From positions 62,001 to 126,000 of the forward strand of contig JAQGDQ010000022.1 in assembly GCA_030141605.1 (NCBI GenBank): DNA of 64,000 nucleotides. Direction: 5' to 3'. Both the position numbers and the translations under genes were made by a program. The notes below the pieces were generated by a model that worked only from the letters and a program-made list of their open reading frames with translations, was not told the DNA's origin and searched no databases. Origin of the DNA: Tubiluchus corallicola (Eukaryota > Animalia > Priapulida). Of this stretch, positions 13,179-26,589 are shown piece by piece; within the stretch, counting starts at the first letter, position 1; every line of letters begins with the position of its first letter.

Positions 13179-13620
13179 TGAGATGTTTCAAATCATCAAA
13201 TTGCAGACCAAATAACTGGCACCTGGCTCGAATCAACAGAATATATTAACCTTCTGACTTTTTCCGAAATGGACTGAATCAAATATTTGCTCATAAAAAT
13301 GTAATAGAATATTCAGTTAAAAACCTATTTTTTGTGCTTTATAGTACTGAATAATTATTTTGTGATAAATACAAAAATACATACTAATTTCTGTAAACAT
13401 AGCATTTGTTAGCTTAAGAAATGTCAATATTTGATTAAAAAAGAAATAAATAAAGTTAGTGTGAGTTTTGGTAGATAATTTAAGTGAGTTACAATGAAAT
13501 GTTTGACTGAATTTTTTTCCAAACTTCGGTAAATGTGCCTAGAGGAAAAAAGGAAAGAAAATGTCTGATTTGGACAGTGAATCGAATATTTGGGTGAAAC
13601 CGAACTTCGACTCATCTCTA
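13179..13620. mobile_element. Degenerate hAT-like MITE
   Basis: Ends resemble (T)AGAGATG ... ttcgactcatctcta, with scattered ccgaa/cgaat subterminal motifs; no target-site duplication confirmed. Confidence 0.35.
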
Positions 13621-14285
13621 ATTACTCTCGTGGTTAGTTTATGTTTTTGCTAGATTTTTGTCATATTCACGTGGCTGTACTCTTAAATCCTAGCACACAT
13701 GTATGATAAAAAAAGACAATTTCGCTGAGAAATGCTGAATAATTTTGTTTCGGATTGTTTTGCAATCTTTCAGGCTAATAAATGCACACATAGACGTTAT
13801 GTTTCCCCCATAAAATGCCTGTAAATTGTAACTGTAACATGCGATTTGTTTTCAGTTGCTGGATGGTTTTTGCACCCCAGTTGTTTAGTGTTTTGTGAAA
13901 CAGCAAACACACACACCAGGCAAAATACTATCACATATTTTCACGTATCAAGCAGTTTGCAGATGGATGCCAAATTTCTCTGTTCTGTTTTTTTTGTTTC
14001 ATGCATAGGGTTTTTCCCAGTTCATGGACGTTAGGCTTTAACCGCATCTTGTTTGCTTAGGATAAGTTAATTTAACACTGATTGGAACTGCAATCTTTAA
14101 GCATCATTTTCTGTGTTATTTTTAACTTTATTTGTACAATATGCAGACCTTATAACAGGTATCTTACTCTTAGATGCCCAAACCATTTTTCATTTGTTTT
14201 GCACTGGTTGATCAGAGGCTTTTAAATATTGTAAATTACACATAAACATTACAGAAACTGCGTAACATGCTATTGACCTTTGCAG

Positions 14286-14411
14286 GTTCAGGAAAAGCAG
14301 AAGTTGCATAGAGGCGGATTGGAGGAGACAAAATCCTCTCTTTACTGTGAGCTTTGTGGCAAGCAATACCATGAAGATGAGAATCATATGAATAGTCCCG
14401 ATCATAAACAG
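14286..14411 (+). CDS. GPATCH8: GPATCH8-like exon 5, C2H2-type zinc finger (VQEKQKLHRGGLEETKSSLYCELCGKQYHEDENHMNSPDHKQ)
   Basis: ctttgcag| acceptor, 126 nt, phase 0-0. YCELCxKQY...NHxNSxDH matches the GPATCH8/ZNF804 finger. The donor CAG|gttccc is weak. Confidence 0.88.
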
Positions 14412-15042
14412 GTTCCCGAATATTTTACTATTAGTCCTAAGATTTATGTTCAGAGTCTTGTTTCTTGTTTTTTTTTTCGGGTTCCAATTTTATTATAGTG
14501 AATAATAGAGTTAATTTAGGCAGCCTAGGCAGGAGAAGACAAATTTTGTTGGAGTATTCACTCACAACTCTAAAACTAGACAATCAGCTCTTGGGTAGTT
14601 TATAGTACCCCAGATGGTGCTCAATTTAGTTGTGTAGTTTGAGGAAGAAATTTATAGATCAAAAGTTAATTATAAGTTACAGACTGTATTTAAAGGGTTG
14701 GGCAAACAAATTTGGCTCATTTTTATATTATGGTACCAAGTGGGGGTAAATTTTAATAGCCAATCAACTATAATGGTTAGTTGGTTCAAGGTCAGAAGTC
14801 GGTTACAATTCGAAAACCATACAAAATTGGGCTGTTAAACTTGGGTGCAAAATTTGAACGTGTAAAGAATACGAATAAAGCACCATATCTAGAAACAACT
14901 TAAATGTCCAACTTCATACATAATGCTTGTGTTAGTTTAAACGTGTCTGATTTATTCGGTGACTTCTGCCACAGGTTGCTAGTTGAAGTTAATATTAAAA
15001 GGAATTTGATGTCTTGTCATTGAAATTTGCTTTTTGTTTTAG

Positions 15043-15179
15043 TGCTTGAAAGATCTAAAAGACAGAGATTGTGTCAGTGAAATGGGAGTAATATACGAAA
15101 AGGGATCAAAGCATTTATTGAAAGCAGAGAAAAAACTTGACAATAAAAAGAGAGAACACTTTGATTCTGGTTCTCCGGA
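15043..15179 (+). CDS. GPATCH8: GPATCH8-like exon 6 (CLKDLKDRDCVSEMGVIYEKGSKHLLKAEKKLDNKKREHFDSGSP)
   Basis: ttttgttttag| acceptor; LKDLKxR matches GPATCH8 RLKDLKQRE; donor GA|gtaagt (phase 2) joins the acceptor at 17425 in frame. Confidence 0.85.
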
Positions 15180-15334
15180 GTAAGTATATTTCTATTGACA
15201 CTGGATAGGATTATTTACTAACTGGCTTGCAGACGTTTTTAGCTAGAAAATTGCTTATTTATACAAAGCTGTCAAGTAACCTTAATAACTGTGTGCATGT
15301 GTGTGCAAAAGTTCATTATTCCTGACCGCTCATC

Positions 15335-15995
15335 TAGGGATGCACCGAATATTCGCACCACCAAATTCTTTCCTGGCATATCAGTATAAAAATCTGGTCC
15401 GATAAACATCGGTTGTAATCACTGGAAGGTTCGGAGAACTTGAAGTATACTGAAGTTACCTTTTTAATAATTGTCACATTTGATGAAAACTATGTTAAAC
15501 AGACTGAATTTCATACAATGCTTACAAAAATTTATCCAAAAAAGCTGATAGTAAACAGCAAACAAGACACAATAGCTGCCATTTTGTTTTCTGTTTCTGT
15601 ATGATAACTCCAAGAATGTGATACGCCATTGGTACAGAAGTTGTGCTGTATTTTCTTATACATGACAAAATAAATCGATAAAGACTCCAGCTAGTAAACA
15701 ATTATACTATATTATACTGTTGCAGTTTTTCTTAAATTGTGTTTTGTTAATTGTACAAAATAGTGTGGACAGCTTTTGAAAGAATTAGGGCTGCTTTTAA
15801 AATACTTAGTGCTATTCTACATAACCATTAAATAACGCATTTAGTAATCAGAACAGTTTTACACAGCTCACCAATCACCACTAATGAAAATGATAAAACA
15901 TTACAGAGTTTATAATTCTTTTCAGTTGGAATTACAAGAAAATTTTGTTCGGCTGTGTTGCTAATTCGTAGTTTCAGTCATTTTATATCACATCT
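15335..15995. mobile_element. Degenerate hAT-like MITE
   Basis: Left end tagggatgcaccgaatattcg, a common hAT MITE terminus; right end only weakly preserved (ttcgg...cacatcta). Confidence 0.4.
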
Positions 15996-17424
15996 AAAAA
16001 TCCCATCGAGCTCCTACGCTAACATACATAAAAAATCACTTAAATCATATCGCATATCTCTTTTTTCTCTTAATAGTTTATTAATTTTTGGACTATTTGT
16101 ACTTAATATGTGTAATTTTTTTGTGTATATTTCGTATATAAATTAAATAGGTTCCTAGTCACAAAACATGCTCTGTTGATTTACATGTCAAATGCCTGGC
16201 AATATACTTTGCTTGGACCAAGCGGAGTTTATCTGATTTCTGAATCATAAGCCACGTAAAATAGAGTAGAGTATACTTTTTAAGTCAAATCATACAAATA
16301 ACAAAAGCTATGAAGCTTTTTCAATGGGTGTCCTGTCTTCACTTTATATGCTGCATACAACATTCTGCAGTCACATCTATGACAATTAGCAGAGGACTTG
16401 ATTGTTTATTTTGTGCACATGTAGTTAACTGCTCTTATTGCATTTAACTTTATCCTAAACTGACCATTAAGCATTTAATATGCAGTAGAAGTATGTTCGG
16501 TCAAACTACTTTCTGTTTTATATATAAGTTATATTTTAAAGATACTGGTAATACGTATAAATTATGAAGCAATATATGCAAGAATTTGTACGTGAAAATA
16601 GCAAAAACTAACCGACTTATGTCCATCACTATTGCCAGAATTGCAACTATATAAGGCTATTTAATTGCGCATACACCTACTATGACCTACCTCAGGAAAA
16701 AATTCTGCTAAAACTAACCTGTATAATAAGGGGCTGACTGATTACTGATTGATTGATCGTCAATGAACTGCTGGAATTAGCTCCAATAGGAGTCGGCTGT
16801 TTTATAATGTGATCCTTAAGTACTGTGTGGTTGGCTTCTTGCCAGCTGGTTAGAGTACAGACTTTAGTGTGATAAAAGTGTGAGCTACTTTTAATGACGA
16901 GGTGAAGCTTCCCGCGAGCTTGTTCTGAATGTAAGCTTAACTGTACCATAAATTCACCAAGATAAGGATAGCAGACGGTACATCGTTTATTTTTTATTAT
17001 TTTTTATTTTGTAAAGCGAGTGATATGTAGTTACTCAAAATATATGAGTAGAGCTTTTATATGCATAGGTACTAGCCAATTAGCTCTCTTGCGTGCTTGA
17101 TAAGAACAGCAAACTCACACTAATCTAAATTAATTTAGCCTATGAAACTGATAAGTCAAGCTATATAATGTTATAAATCTAAATTATCCCTCGCAATACC
17201 AGTGTCAATATCCATTGAAACATCTACAGCACATAGTTTTGGTTATCCACTGATAATCACTTGACTCGTATTTTGCATAATTCGTAATGATTTCTTTGGT
17301 CCCTAGAGTTAAGCAACCTTGAATTTCTAAGAAGAAAACCAACAAAAAGTAACTTTTTTTGAGTTGTTGAACCAACGTATTGAATAATTAAATAGTTCAA
17401 TATTCTATTGCTGTCTCTTTTCAG

Positions 17425-20400
17425 AAATAATGATGCCACTTTGGATTCAGTTATGAGGTTAGACAGTCGTGTGGAAATTAACGAAGACTCTAAGCAATCT
17501 GCTGAGAATGAGATAGAAGTTATAGAAATAAATGATGACGAAAGTTCATCTTCTCGACAGGCTGATGATAGTGATACAATGAGTATTGTCAACACAACTT
17601 TCTTCTCAAAAAAACTGTCTCCACACTTGCCACCATTGCCTAGTGACATCCCGTTGCCTTTGTCATCTGCTGCTGACTCTAAATCTCAAGCCTTGGATGT
17701 ACTTGATGATATTCCTCTTCCTATAACTGCCATGCATATGTCTTCTTCAAGGAAACTGTCACGGAAGCAGAGAGGCTGGTTCGAAAAAGCTTCTAGAAAA
17801 GACTCTAAAAAGAAGCCTATTTCATTCACGCTAAAGAGGGGACCCCTGAAAGGGAAGACTACATCTGCAGCACCAGAAGCAGCTCACAATACTGTTAATA
17901 GTAAGGTGTCTTTCACATTCACCACCAAATCGAAAAAGGCTGTGTCTGCTTCTGTTTTTCAGAAAGAGGCAGCTGATGATGTTGTAACTAGAAAAACAGA
18001 TACGCCTCCTCCAACAGACATTACAGCTAAGCTAGCAACACCCGAGTTAGCTGACAGCACTTCTGAAAGTGTAGCTTCACATCCTGTTCTGTTGCAATTA
18101 AATGATGTTAACAGTGAAAGTTTTCGCAAAATTTCTGGAAGTTCCGAACATTTAAATAATGGAGATGAAGAAATCACTGCGACAAAACATAAAAAAATTG
18201 AAGATTCTGATACAAGTCATAGTCACGAGGATAAGAAGAGTACTGTAACTGAGGTAAAAACTATGAAAGAAGTCAAGGAAAAATCTGGAGCTGTGAAGAA
18301 GTCATTAAAACATACGAAGAATAGTGTGAGAAATGTTGCGTGCATTTCTGCCTCCCACAGTCCAACTACAATCGAAAATTCTAGTATAGATCGTAAAGAA
18401 AACTTTAATTTGATTCCAGAAGGGCCAAAATTACCAACTTTTTTGAAGTCAGCGAATGTTTTGAAAGTGATGACTTTTGATGGTGTCTCTGAAATTGAGT
18501 GGCCAATAACAGCTTTGCGGTACACAAAAAGTAAACCCAGTTTGTCTTACAGTTGCAATGAAAAACAGTACAGTGCACTTATTTCAGAGAGTAGTAATCT
18601 AAAATATGAGTATGAGGAAGCTGCAAAAAGTGACCATGTTGTCAGTGAGAATGATAGTAAAACCGAGATGAAGAAACCAACAAAGCACAGAAATTCAGTA
18701 AGTGATAGCAATTCAAATAAGACTGACTTAAAATCTGAAGTGAAACAATCAGGTAAAAATGCAGAGAAAGGAAAATTGAAAAAGACCAAGAATAAATTGA
18801 AGAAAGATGAAAATTTGGAAGCTAAAGTTGAGAGTGTAAAGAAGAAAAAGAAGAAAAGGAAACTAGCAGCAGAGGATGGTTCAAATGTATTGTCTGCAGT
18901 TAAAGTTACTAATTCTAAGAATTTTGGTTGCAAAGCTTCACCATCCTCGAAGACGATTTCAAAATTGGCAGTCGTCTGTGAAAATATTCCCACCACTGAA
19001 GAAGCAGGAAAGAACAAGAAAAAGCACAAAGCAGCCAACATGGAGAAAAATGCAGGCGTGAATGAAGCTCAGACAACTGTGCATGAAGAAAAAGAAGAAA
19101 CAGAAAGCATAAACAGAAAACTTCAAGCCATCAGGCAGAAATCAGGTAACAAAAGTAAGCACAAGCCAGACGCCACAGGGAAAGCTTTAGATGCCACTTC
19201 AGGAAATCACAAGAAGCTTGCATCACATGGTGATGTGATATCTGTTTCTACTTATGCAAAGGTGAAAACTGAAAAAAAGAAATCTTCATTAATGAAAAAA
19301 GCACCTAATGAACCCAGTGAGGTAAGAAGTGGCAGCGACGCCTCTGAGGATGAATACTCTAAACTTCAAAGACCATTTAAAAGAAATAGATCATACAGTT
19401 ACAATTCTAGAAGCTATTCATCATCTTCATCTCATTCATCTACTGATTACTCCTATTATTCAACCGAGAGAGATTTAACTGACGATGGATGGACTACCGC
19501 AACGAGTACAGATACGGAAGATTACAACAGCAATAGTGAAAGACGGCATAGTTCCAGTTATGACAGCAATAGTGGATCAAACAGGGAGCGGTCAAGGTCA
19601 AGTTCTGGCAGTAGTCGTCGCCATTCATATTCAAGGTCAAAGTCACGGTCAAGATCACATTCTCGGTCTAGAACTTCTAGTGCAGAAAAACCGAGAACCG
19701 ACACAAACAGATTTGGCAAAATTGACATTCGATATGGAAAAGATTTGAGATCTCGTTCAACAAGCTCGCATTCTACAGAGAGGTCTACGTCTCTAGAGTC
19801 TGCTAGTGATAATGAAAAACTTAGAATTGCAGAACCTAAAACAAATCTGTTGGATGCAGCAGATGAAAGTATTGCGGAAAAACGTGTTGTCTCTGAGTTC
19901 CTGAAACGAGATATGAAGTCTATGCTTTCAGCAGAGCAGCGACAGACACAGCTAATTATGGCGCGACTAAGGAAAAAACTAATTGAAGGTGGAACCGAGG
20001 GTGCAGCATCTGCAGTTCAAGCTGAATTACAGGAAGGAGCGTGTCCTGCATCGTTAGATATCCCTCTTCCTGTTGAACATAAAGCTAATAACACAGAGAG
20101 TCCAGAAGAAAACAGTAGTATGAAAAATGTAGCATCTTCTGGAAGCAATACATCAGAGTATGACAAAGAGGGAAATGATTTAAATACAAAGCACAATGCA
20201 ATTGAAAAGACTGCAGATCCTAAGTATAAATCTGATGTTGCTAGTGATTTGTCGCGTGAATCAAATGGCTCAAGTACCATTCAGAAGGTCAATGTAGCTT
20301 CAAGTGGCACACCTCCAATTCAAGGACCACAATTGCCTCCTCCTCCTCCTCCTGCTGAGAACAATTCTCCAGCCCCTGGGATGAAAAGGACTATTGCTGC

Positions 20401-21610
20401 TGCTTCATCAACAACATCGCCGTCACAGGAGTCTGCAAAGCACACCAAACAGTTGAGGGAACTGAGAACACTTCTGTCACCACCCCCACCACCACCTCCT
20501 CCCCCACTTGTGCATAAACTTCCTCCAGCTTTTTCACTTGCTCCACCTCCACCGCCACCACCTCCACCACCTCAAGTTAAAAAAACAGAAATTCCCAGAA
20601 CTGCACCATCAAGCCTTCCTATGATTCATTTGCCACCAGAGATGACTGTTGCACCAGTCTATGATGACATACCACCCCCACCTCCTCTTACAAAACCAAA
20701 GCAGCCAAAAGTTTTAACAAATGTAAAAAAAGACCCTGCTGTAATGCAGTTGCAGTCTGGATCAAGAAAGAGGAAAAACGAGATGAAGGATGAAGATAGT
20801 CCACCTCCACCACCACCTCCAAAGGAAAACAGGAAAAAGCGGCGTCAGCAACTGCAACCCAATCATACTGTTTCATCACCACCGCCACCACCGCCTAAGG
20901 CACAGTCACCGCCACCACCACCTCCAAAGCGCCAAGCCGATGGACCATCTTTCGTAATTCCTCCAGATCAAGTGGAGCAGTACAAGATTCTGCAACAGCA
21001 AGCACAGCTGCATGCCCAGCGACAGCAGATGAAACACGATCCGGAACTAGCGGCCAAACTCGAGGCTGAACTGAAAGCGAAGGAAGAAGCACAAGCCGAA
21101 GCAGAAGCAGCAGCTGCAGCTGCGGCATCAGTGACTCCGGTCCAAACTCCGCCCCAGCAAGCTGGTCTTATTCCAACACCTATACCACAAGGTCTGATTC
21201 CTCTGTCAGCAACACAAATGCTTGCATCATCACAGGCAGCTGCTGGTCTTATGATGCATCCCAGTCAAGGTCTCATACAGGTATCTCATTCAGGATTGCT
21301 CCAACCATCAGGCCTTGTGCCAACTGTGGCAGGTCAACCACATCCGGGATTGCTAGTGTCACCAGCAGGAATACCACTAGCCCAGCATCCGGGTTTAGTG
21401 GTTCCTTCAGCTCACACTTTGCCGACCCACAGTGCCCTGCCACACGTTATACACACTGCTTCCGGACATCCTGTTCTGGCTACACCCATGATTCGATTAG
21501 CGGCACCACAGCCTATGATTGCACCAATGCCAGCACAATCACTAGCTCTAGGTGCACCAATGCTTATACGTGTACCTGTACAAAGGATTATAACCAGACC
21601 TCAGTTATAG
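17425..21610 (+). CDS. GPATCH8: GPATCH8-like large terminal exon (about 1394 aa): Lys-rich, Ser/Arg-rich and Pro/Gln/Ala-rich low-complexity regions
   Basis: 1400-codon open frame with acceptor ctcttttcag| at 17424. Contains PISFTLK/VSFTF, VMTFDGVSEIEWPITALRYTKSKPSLSYSCN (GPATCH8/ZNF804 WP...PSISYSCN motif), an RSRS tract and PPDQVEQYKILQQQAQLHAQ (cf. GPATCH8 PEEMEKYSKLQQAAQQHIQ). Confidence 0.92.
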
Positions 21611-22752
21611 TATTAGGTTTTACATTTTACTTTTAAAAATTTAGTATAATGCAATAATTGTTATTTGTAAGCTGTTAAATTTGCCAATGTTTGTTGGCGT
21701 TGTTGAACATTAAAGTGCATTTATTTGTAATAAGAATATTACGGTGGTAAAAACACCATAATATACCTATAAAGTGCTGAGTAAAGACATTAGTTTCTTG
21801 AATGAGTGACAATCATGCAAGTGAGCACAAGTCTTGATTCCAATGAAATAAAATTAGTTTAGTTTCCCTTCTGAGGTAGAGGTGCTGTACGTTATAATAT
21901 TTTAAGCAGCCCATTTGAAGGCAGGGTTACACAATGTTCTCCAAAATGTGTACATATTGAAATTTAACTATTATAATTATATACATTAAGTACTAGCAAA
22001 CAAAGTTTGTTAGAAAGCAGTAGAGCTAGATAAATATGCGAAAAAGTAACGAAAATGTTTATTATTACTAGTAATTTAAGTTGCATTTTTTATATTCATT
22101 TTATACAGGTGTACTGGTAGCTTTTGTTTTTTATTGTTTTCCTGCACTTTTAACACGAAAGTGCGTAATATGTGACATTAATTTGATCACGTAGGTTTAT
22201 CATCCCTCGTTCTATTTTCTTACTATAATTTTTTTATAGGTTATATAAAATCTTGACTGTTTGTCTGCGATTCAATAGATTTCGCCAACAGAGTTTCTAC
22301 TCTGAAAAGTTAGATTACTCTTGTTGAGCTGCGTTAGATCGACACCAAACTCTTCATTTGTACATTGTCATCAAACCTGTTAAAAGTTAATTGAAGAAAA
22401 ACAGCATTTTTTCGATTTCAGTGCTAGTTGAAATTTTGTCAGCATCACGTTCATTTGACAATTGCATTGTTTGGCTCTTTGTATCAACACTTCAACTAAT
22501 TACTAATTGTTTTTTTTACCTTTTTGTAATTTGATCTGTTACATGAAATCGTGCTTGTATAAATTATAATAAGATGTTGAAAAAATAGCAATAACCCGTT
22601 TAATTACTTACACGTAATTATTTTATTGCCTCTAAAATTTAACAAGTGCCATTATACCCATTACTTGTATCAAAACGTCATTTTCAGTACTGTAAAAATG
22701 TAAATATTATTGCTTTGTTTGCTAATATATGTTGACGTATTTAAAAAATAAA
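21611..22752 (+). other. Probable 3' UTR of the GPATCH8-like gene
   Basis: U-rich non-coding sequence after TAG; AATAAA at 22747-22752 (others at about 21847 and 22879). Confidence 0.45.
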
Positions 22753-24499
22753 TGCCTTTATGAATAATACTTTGATATAGCACAGTATTCCGTTATTTTC
22801 ACATTTTGATTATTTTACCCCATATACATATATATTACAAGCTACCATGTTTAAACATTTAAAACATTTTAAAAAATTTAATAAATCGTAAATTTCTAAT
22901 TAATGCATTCCTTGATTTATGTTTGGCCCTATTCGGTGAACGTTATTGTCATACATTTTGCTGCAACTTTAGCAGGAAAATTAACACGTTGAATAAAAAG
23001 CTACTTTAGGCTAATTATATTTTCACCTAGTTAGTATCATATTCATTTCGATATGATGGCTAATTTCATTTTGTATAATACTGCTTGAGTATAACAAACT
23101 TTTTTTAACAATATAATGGAAACCACATTTTTCTATTACACAAAGAAACAACATTACGTCTATTAGTGTGTACGTCTCTTGCTCACGTTCGCTTAACGAA
23201 CGCGTCAAGTAAACCGAACCACAGCTTTTAATTCTGGCAAGCTCTCATATTAGAAAGCCCATTTCATTAGCAAAAAGTACACACGAGAACCCGCTGTGCT
23301 CTGTCACCTTTGCACATTGTGTTTGCTATGGCTCGCTACCTTGTTTATTCAAAAGTAGGGCCTATGTATTCTACCAGGGATTGTTGTTTTCGCATAATAG
23401 CGATCATTGATAAACAGCCGATGAACAACATACAATTACGCTTTCACAAGATCTGATTGAAAGTTATTGAGCTATTTGCTTTATTTCAATGGGCGCGGAA
23501 TATCAATTTCCTGTAGGGATGGTGACGCTAATTACGAGTACTGCTTCACCGGAAGTTGTGTGAAGGAATTTATGAGCTGGACTTTTGCGACGAGATGACC
23601 AACAAAATTGTTTTACAAATTACTACTTAGCGGGTTTGTAAACCATTTATAAAAAAAGTGACAATCTGCAGCAAAGTTAACATTTGCTGCACATCTAAAT
23701 ACTGTAGGGCGTGAGGAGAAGCTGTGTGATCGCAACTCTATGGGTTGCCACATGCGTTGGGTAATCAAAGTTACGCAACACTACGCCTGGTGAACAAATG
23801 TACGCGCGATTGTCTTTAATAGATTCTCTCGAGAAATGAAGATGTGCTTTACGCATCCAAAATTAAACACTCTTGCGTCCGAAATCTCATTTCAGAGAAT
23901 TAGCTTTGATAAATTAATGTTCGATCCTGCCACAACTATAAATGTGATGTGTAGTTTCTGCCGTTGAGTGCTGGATGACGTCTTGCAGTGCGCCAAAAAC
24001 CTAAAAAATTTAAAAAAGCATTGCGTATTTTATTATTTACTAATACATTCATTTTCTCTTTATTTTTATTCATAGTTAGTAAATATAAATTCTGTGTTAT
24101 ATGTATGAATGCAATGTTTTTATGGAAGTAAAAAACTTAAACTTAACTAGCGTATGTATCAATGTCAGCTACTCGAACTATCAATTACTTGAGACATAAA
24201 CGGATTAATCTTTAGATCAAGATGCTAAATAAAAATTAGTACCACTGAAGTTGAGTACAAAAAAAAACTACATATTGCGAGTAACTACAAAAACGATTGC
24301 CAAAAGTAACACTGTTGGTAATGTGTTATTATTATGGGCTGTTAAGCTTGTGTATTAAAATTTAATAGTTACTTTACGACACAAAAACGGATTGAGAAGT
24401 TAAACATATTATGAAATAACTATGTTACCAGTGAAGTACAGAAACAAACCATAAACCTAAGTTGAATAGGCCACAGGATCAGGAATTCAGCATTAGAAT

Positions 24500-24660
24500 C
24501 TTTTTTGTTGAACGCGCATTTTCGCCCTTTCCAGAAAGCTGTTTGATCTTGAATTTTCAAAAACGAAGTGCAGGCATTCCATACAGTGATTTCTTCAAAA
24601 TAATCAGGCTTAAATGAGCTCGACGGCAATGTTGCATGCTTAGTTATGCCTAGATTATTT
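24500..24660 (-). mobile_element. 3' fragment of a LINE ORF2
   Basis: Minus-strand SSFKPDYFEEITVWNA resembles the F..R....WNxLP C-terminal motif of CR1/L2-group ORF2. Confidence 0.35.
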
Positions 24661-26589
24661 CTTCATTAGTAATAATAATTAAAGTGTAATGTCTAAAGCT
24701 ATCACGTGTTTCTTTTCCAGTTCTGTTGGCCTTTGTTTTTAAAAATGTAACAAGAATAAAACTTGCGAAATAGACTGCCAAGACTGTTTCTCATAATGCC
24801 ACAAGTACTGAAAATACAAAAATAGGATTGCAAACAACCCGCATGTCAGGTAAAGACTAAGAATATGTTTATTATCTCACAGTTGTTTACTTTCTGTTAG
24901 GTAATTTACCCATATTATTTAAGAAGCAATGAATTGTTTACAAAGCTTTTGCATACACGTGGCAGATAATTATAATAGTACATTAGTGCTTGACATTGTC
25001 AGTTTCTGTTATGAATCTGTCAAAGACAGAACGTGTGTATTAATTAGCAATGAAGGGCTGTTTAGTTTATTCAAAGGAAACTCTTACAGTAATTAATAAT
25101 ATAGATTGATTTCGTTTCCTAATTGTGTTGTATAATAGATCAAAGCACCTTACCGCGAGTTCAACGGGCTAAATTAGTAGGGAAGTAAGGTGCAGTTTTT
25201 ACTGGAACACTATTTGGTTCATTCTAATGTTTTTAAAAATTTAGATATTAGAAGGATTTAGCAATAAAAGTGTGATAAAAGGCTCATATAATTAGTAAAA
25301 ATCACTTTAAAGCCGCGATCATTTCACGCTTGGGCGCGTGAAACGTCAATTACCAATTTTCGTCAAAAATATAATAGGTTTTTACAAAAAGATTAGTTAG
25401 CTAATTTTGTGATATTTTTGCATGAACTTCAAGTAAGCTGCAGAAGTTTTAATTAGTTTAAGCAGCGCATGCTTACGGAAAGCCATGACGCGCTTATGAA
25501 AAATCTACCAGTTACGTCATAATTTTCAAGTGAATGACAGGTACCATCGTGCCTCAAATTTCTATATAGCGGCATTATAAATGAACTTTATGCTTTATAG
25601 GCAGTATTTTTGCAAACTTCTTTATTATAGTTGTCTAAACTTAAGTGATAACAGGAATAATTCACGTCAAACATATTGGTCTGTCGCTCTGCCTCCGCCG
25701 TAACGTAGGCACGCTCAACGGCGCATTCGGGACAACAACTCACGCTGGAGCCTAATCAGCATGTAAACTGATTGCACTTTTTCATAAAAACAAATTTGCA
25801 GAGCAGCAGCTATTTTTATACGAAATTAACACTTCAAAGTAGCCAGAAATGACTTTTCAATTTAAACAGAATGTAGAGACGAAGAACAGAGACAGAACGT
25901 ACAGAGACATAAGTATAATAAAGAATCTAAGCCAGTTAGCCTTGCTTTAAAATAAATGAGCAACAAAAATGGTCTCTCCTGCCTTTGAACATACGAACAT
26001 CATGCCTGCGATGCATTTTTTCTATATTAACTGATCATGTGCTCGTCTGCAAGATTTATTCTGTGTTTTTCTGATTGTTAGGCTATGGAAATAGAATAAC
26101 TTTGATTCTTCCATTCCATCGACGACCCTTATATTGAATGCCCGAGTTACATAAGTCCCAATGGCATCTTTTAACCATGATTACAACCAGAAAAATAGCG
26201 TAAAATTAACTGAGGTTTATAAAAACTGGCCGGAAAAGAAAACATTTTGTTTTGTCCTTATTTAAAGCTAATCAAATAGTTGTTTATATCTAACTTGCGA
26301 AGCCATGATACTAAACTATTTTCTTGATAGCAAAATGATTTAATCAGCAACTCATAGTTGTAAGCGTTGTGCATTTTTTCCTATAAACGAAACTAGACTA
26401 TATATTTCCACTAATTCACTTGCAATTTCAATTGACAAAAATAGAATCTAGAACCAGGCTAATATTTCTCCCGTTTACTAATGAAAAATTGAGCAGTTTT
26501 AATAACAGTGTTAGACGAAGCTGTGGCTAAATGTCCCGAACGTACCTGCGCTAATTAAGCTCTGCAGGTGTGTGAAATAACTCGCACGC

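Noticed and set aside
17408-17424. Start of the 1400-aa ORF as a standalone single-exon gene
   Set aside because: The 'start' is a TTG inside the polypyrimidine tract; the frame is entered by splicing at 17425 from upstream G-patch and zinc-finger exons.
17257-21128. Antisense and alternate-frame ORFs overlapping the large exon
   Set aside because: Shadows of a long low-complexity coding exon; no independent motifs.
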